Part shown: piece by piece, positions 58,860-64,000 of the stretch
Layout: each line of letters starts with the position of its first letter
Numbering within the stretch: position 1 is the first letter of the stretch
Source of the DNA: the human T2T-CHM13v2.0 reference genome, Homo sapiens
Reading direction: 5' to 3' (one strand)
Length of the DNA stretch: 64,000 nucleotides
Assembly: GCF_009914755.1 (NCBI RefSeq)
Contig: NC_060929.1
Position numbers and translations under genes: made by a program
The notes under the pieces: generated by a model
What the model was told of the DNA's origin: nothing
The model's input: the letters and a program-made list of their open reading frames with translations, nothing else
The model's database searches: none

Positions 58860-59155
58860 TTTTTTTCCCCCAAAATGGGGGCTTGCTGTGTTGCCCAGCC
58901 TGGAGTGCAGTGGCACGATCATGGCTCACTGCATCCTCGACCTTCTGGGCTCAAGCAACTCTCCCACCTCAGCCTGCTGAGCGGCTGCTACCACAGGCAT
59001 GGGCCACCACACCCAGCTAATTTTTAAAATTACTATTTGTAGAGACAGCGTCTCATTCTGTTGCCCAGGTTGGTCTTGAACTCCGGGCCTCAAGTGATCC
59101 TCCTGCCTCAGCCTCCCAATGTGCTGTGATTACAGGTGAGAGCTACTGCCTGGCC
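58860..59155 (-). mobile_element. AluJ
   Basis: Diverged reverse Alu. Confidence 0.9.
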
Positions 59156-60669
59156 AAATCTATCTTTTATTTCGATTTCTTTCCTGAATTTAGTCTGCTG
59201 TCAGTTGTATCATCACATTGTCCGTCCATTTCTATCCTGAAATTTTGAATTTCAGATTCAACAAAACAAGCCACTGCTTGTTTCCTTATATGTTTAATTC
59301 ATGTTGGAGCATTTTGCTCGTTTTCCTGTTTCTTTTGAACAATTGTCTACCGGGAAGTTTTAACTCTAATACTGTCTTATTCCTATAACTTTGTATGGAG
59401 GGTGCTTTTTTGGGGGTTCAGGATTATTCATGTTAGGATTTCCTACACCAGAAATAGCCACTTCTCCTGTGGATGGGACTAGGGATTTTGGTGGCATCCT
59501 ACATTTCTTCACTTAAAAGTGCCACCTCAAACCCATATCTTTGGCATCTCAAGTTCCTTTGAGCACATTCTTCCTTCTGAAGGCTCATACACGTCCCGTA
59601 TCATCCTGCCACCAGGGGCCAGCTAGTCTCTTACCCAGAAGAGCTAGGCCCTCCACTGGCTGCACGCAGCCATGCTGAGTGACCACAAGCCCAGTTTCCT
59701 GATCTCCTTCCACCCACAGATGCAGGTGAAAAGCCACATCTATAGGTACGGGCTCTGGCATCCTAAGTGGGTACTGAGGGGGCTGGATGATGTAACCCAG
59801 GAGTGAGGAGGTGAACCCCCATGGGGCGAGTGCCGACCAGTGGTTAACAGGAGACAGCGAAGGACTAGGCAGATAGATTCCTCCTTCTTCTCCCCACACC
59901 CCCCCAAGGCACATTCTCTCCTTACACCTGTTTGCACAGCATTCTGTATGCCAAGCGGATGCACCCGCCAGAGACCTGTGGCACCTTTTCTTGGCTCATT
60001 GTCGACAGAGGACAAAGAACAGTGCCCTCTGCTGCCGATACAGGGTGGTGCAGTTTCTCAAATGAACAAATCCATCATGTGTCTTCTTCTGACTTCTGGA
60101 TACTATCTTGCTTCCTTAGGACCCATGTCTTCTGGAACTTTCTTCTTCCTCTACCACCAAGCATCCAAGGGGCTGCACTCCCTTTTGGCTCGCCGCCCTT
60201 TCAGAAGCAAGATGGCTGCCCAGTGCCTCGGGCTTGGCAAGGGAGCTCTCCTCGCAGCCCCATCTCCTCCGTCACCCCTGGGTCTGTGTTGCCACATCCC
60301 CAAGGACCTCGTCACACTCTCCTCTCACGGGACGGCCCTATCTGACTCTCCCACCATGGTGCAGGCTCAGCCGTGCGGGTCCTGGCGTTGAGTCCCCAAC
60401 TCACGTTTCCACGGAGTCTGTCTCCTAGCTGAGCCACAGGCCTGGGCTGAGCGGCCTTCTTTGATCTCAAGGAGCTGTGCTGTTTCTCGAAGGTGTGCAG
60501 AGGTTTGAATTTACGTGGCGATCATCCTCTGCGACACCTTTTACTTAATTACCTTGTTTTTTGAATGTCGAAATGCTGTTTGGTGACGAAAAATTAGCCC
60601 AAAGCTATTTCCGTAAATGTGACCACCATTAATTTTCCAAAACCAGGTACTAACAGGAGTCACCTGATG

Positions 60670-61645
<976 letters not shown>

Positions 61646-61651
61646 TCATTA

Positions 61652-62180
61652 GTATAAACATGATTAATTAGCTTTTAATACTACTCTTTGATGTATTACT
61701 CATATTACCAAGGAATAACTGGCGGGCACAGGGTCAGGTGCTGAAGGGACATTGTGAGAAGTGACCTAGAAGGCAAGAGGTGAGCCCTCTGTCACGCTGG
61801 CATAAGGGCCGCTTGAGGGCTCTTTGGTCAAGCAGTAACGCCAGTGTCTGGGAAGGCACCTGTTACTCAGCAGACCATGAAAGGGCGTCTCCCTTTCCTT
61901 GGAGGAGTCAGGGAACACTCTGCTCCACCAGCTTCTTGTGGGAGGCTGGATATTATCCAGGCCTGCCCGCAGTCATCCGGAGGCCTAACCCCTCCCTGTG
62001 GTGCTTCAGTGGTCACACTCCTTGTCCACTTTCATGCTCCTCTTGTCCTCCTGGTTCCTCTTTGAAGTTTGTAGTAGATAGCAGTAGAAGAAATAGCGAA
62101 AGTCTTAAAGTCTTTGATCTTTCTTATAAGTGCAGAGAAGAAAATGCTGACGTATGCTGCCTTCTCTCTCTCTGCTTCAG
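61652..62180 (-). other. FLT4: FLT4 short-isoform 3'UTR (LTR-derived; end approximate)
   Basis: Follows the TAG at 62181; candidate ATTAAA signal at 61674-61679 on -. Confidence 0.75.
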
Positions 62181-62184
62181 CTAC
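62181..62184 (-). CDS. FLT4: FLT4 short-isoform terminal exon, coding part (completes Arg, then TAG)
   Basis: cccttccctcttag|G TAG ctgaagcagag; joins TTC AG to give ...ESGFR*, the known short C-terminus. Confidence 0.88.
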
Positions 62185-62866
62185 CTAAGAGGGAAGGGCC
62201 CCGTCCCATGATCATGTGACTTGCTTCACCTTATCAATCACTTGAATGACTCACCCTCCTGACCCTGCCCCCTTGTCTTGCATGCAATAAATATCAGCGT
62301 GCTCAGCCATTCGGGGCCACTACCGGTCTCCACGTCTTGATGGTAGGGGTCCCCCAGGCCCAGCTGTTTTCTCTTTATCTCTGTCTTGTGTCTTTCTTTC
62401 TTATGATCTCTTATCTCCACACACGGGGAGAACACCCGCTAAGCCCCACAGGGCCGGACCCTACACCAGCCAGTTCAGATTACAGTATCTACCCGGCTTC
62501 TGGAGCCACTGGGTGAAGTTCCGGGGTTCTGGGGCTGGGGTGGCCTCCCCAACCTGGAGGAGAGTGTGTGTGCCCTGGGCATGGTGGGTTACGTGTGGTG
62601 TCAGAAAGACACAGCATCTGAGCTCTGTCAGATGACAGGGAGGTGTCGGGACCAGCGCCCACGTGGCCAGCATGTGACAGGGAGGGGCTCCCGCGGTGCT
62701 GTAGGTCAGGAGGGGTCTCAGGCAGCTCACCTTGAACGCGCGAAAAGGCCATAGGGAGCCACGAAAGGTTCCGGGAAGAGGGCTGGGCACACCCAGACCC
62801 CAGCCTCCCTCCTCCAGGGGAGGGCAACATCGATACCTGCAGTGCAGGAGGCTCACGAAGCCCTTA

Positions 62867-63058
<192 letters not shown>

Positions 63059-63804
63059 CTAACACCTGTCCCTGGGAAGCTGAGCCAGAAACAAGGCGTC
63101 CATTCCATCCCAGGGTGAGGGTCACATGCCCCTGCCACAGAGGGAGACACTGAGGTCAGGGGGGCTGTGTGTGGCCCGTGGACGCCTCATACTTGGGGAC
63201 CTCCACGGTGGCCAAGCGTATGCTCAGTGTGTGAAGAGCAGGAGCCGTGGGAGAAGCAGGGAGAGGCCTCACAACCTGGCAGCTCGTAGTTCAAAAAACG
63301 ATCCATGTGAGGCTGCCTCCCGGTTTGGGGGGCTTTGTTATCCTTCGACTGTGGCTTGGTGTGGTTTTTATTTTGAATTACACGGGAGGGAAACTGCGAT
63401 CTTTTCAGAGTCCCCCAACATCTCCAAGTGGCCCTGGAGGCAGGAACCCAGGTCCCTGTGGTCTGGCCAAGGGCTCCCATGGGGCCCCTCTGCCCAGCGC
63501 TCACTGACCAGGCCCGGGACCCCCGAACCTGCCACCGAGGAGGAGCCGTCCTTCCACTGGGGTTTCTGCGCTGCTGAGGAGGGGAGGCCTCGTGTGGGGG
63601 TGACGAGGGCATAGGACAGAAAGCAGCTGTGAGTCGTGGCATCGCAGGAGGGCCCAAATGTGCCCAAGGCTCACCCTGGACTTGCACTTTCAAAGGACAG
63701 TCGTTGGGTTCTGCCATTTGCCTTACGAATTCCTGACGCTGCCTCCCCTGAGGCGGCCCCAGCCCTGAGCCGAGAGCGCAGCCCCCACCCTTCATGTGAA
63801 GTAC

Positions 63805-63925
63805 CACAGAGCCTTTGTAGGTCGTTGGGGTCATGGGGAATTCCTCAAATGTCTTCATCCTGGAGGAACCACGGGTCTCAGCCCCTCTGGCCAGGCACCC
63901 GGGAAAGGACACCCAGTTGTAATAC
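63805..63925 (-). CDS. FLT4: FLT4 coding exon (C-terminal tail), 121 nt
   Basis: ccacag|G TAT TAC...TCT GTG|gtactt; [40 protein letters not shown]. Confidence 0.97.
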
Positions 63926-64000
63926 CTGTGGGGAGAAATCAGAAGGTGCTGAGGAACGCGCTGCAGCAACCCTCCTCGAACTTCTCTCCACTGTCCCTGT

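Overview
Human-type genomic DNA that I recognise as the distal chr5q35.3 CNOT6-SCGB3A1-FLT4 region. The left half (AT-rich, dense in Alu and L1) holds the last 10 coding exons and ~4.1-kb 3'UTR of the CCR4-family deadenylase CNOT6 (+). The GC-rich right half holds the complete 3-exon SCGB3A1 (HIN-1/UGRP2) gene inside a CpG island (-) and the 3' end of FLT4/VEGFR3 (-). A solo ERVK LTR (LTR13-like, 6-bp TSD, with a nested AluY) in the last FLT4 intron supplies the terminal exon of the short receptor isoform. Exon boundaries were traced by hand; repeat edges are approximate and subfamily names are from recall. I found no evidence of a wholly new biological system, CRISPR array or RNA gene. The best leads are splicing-level: the competing FLT4 C-termini around the LTR, a stop-free in-frame SCGB3A1 intron, a NAGNAG at the CNOT6 catalytic Glu, and a phase-symmetric LRR exon pair flanked by inverted Alus.
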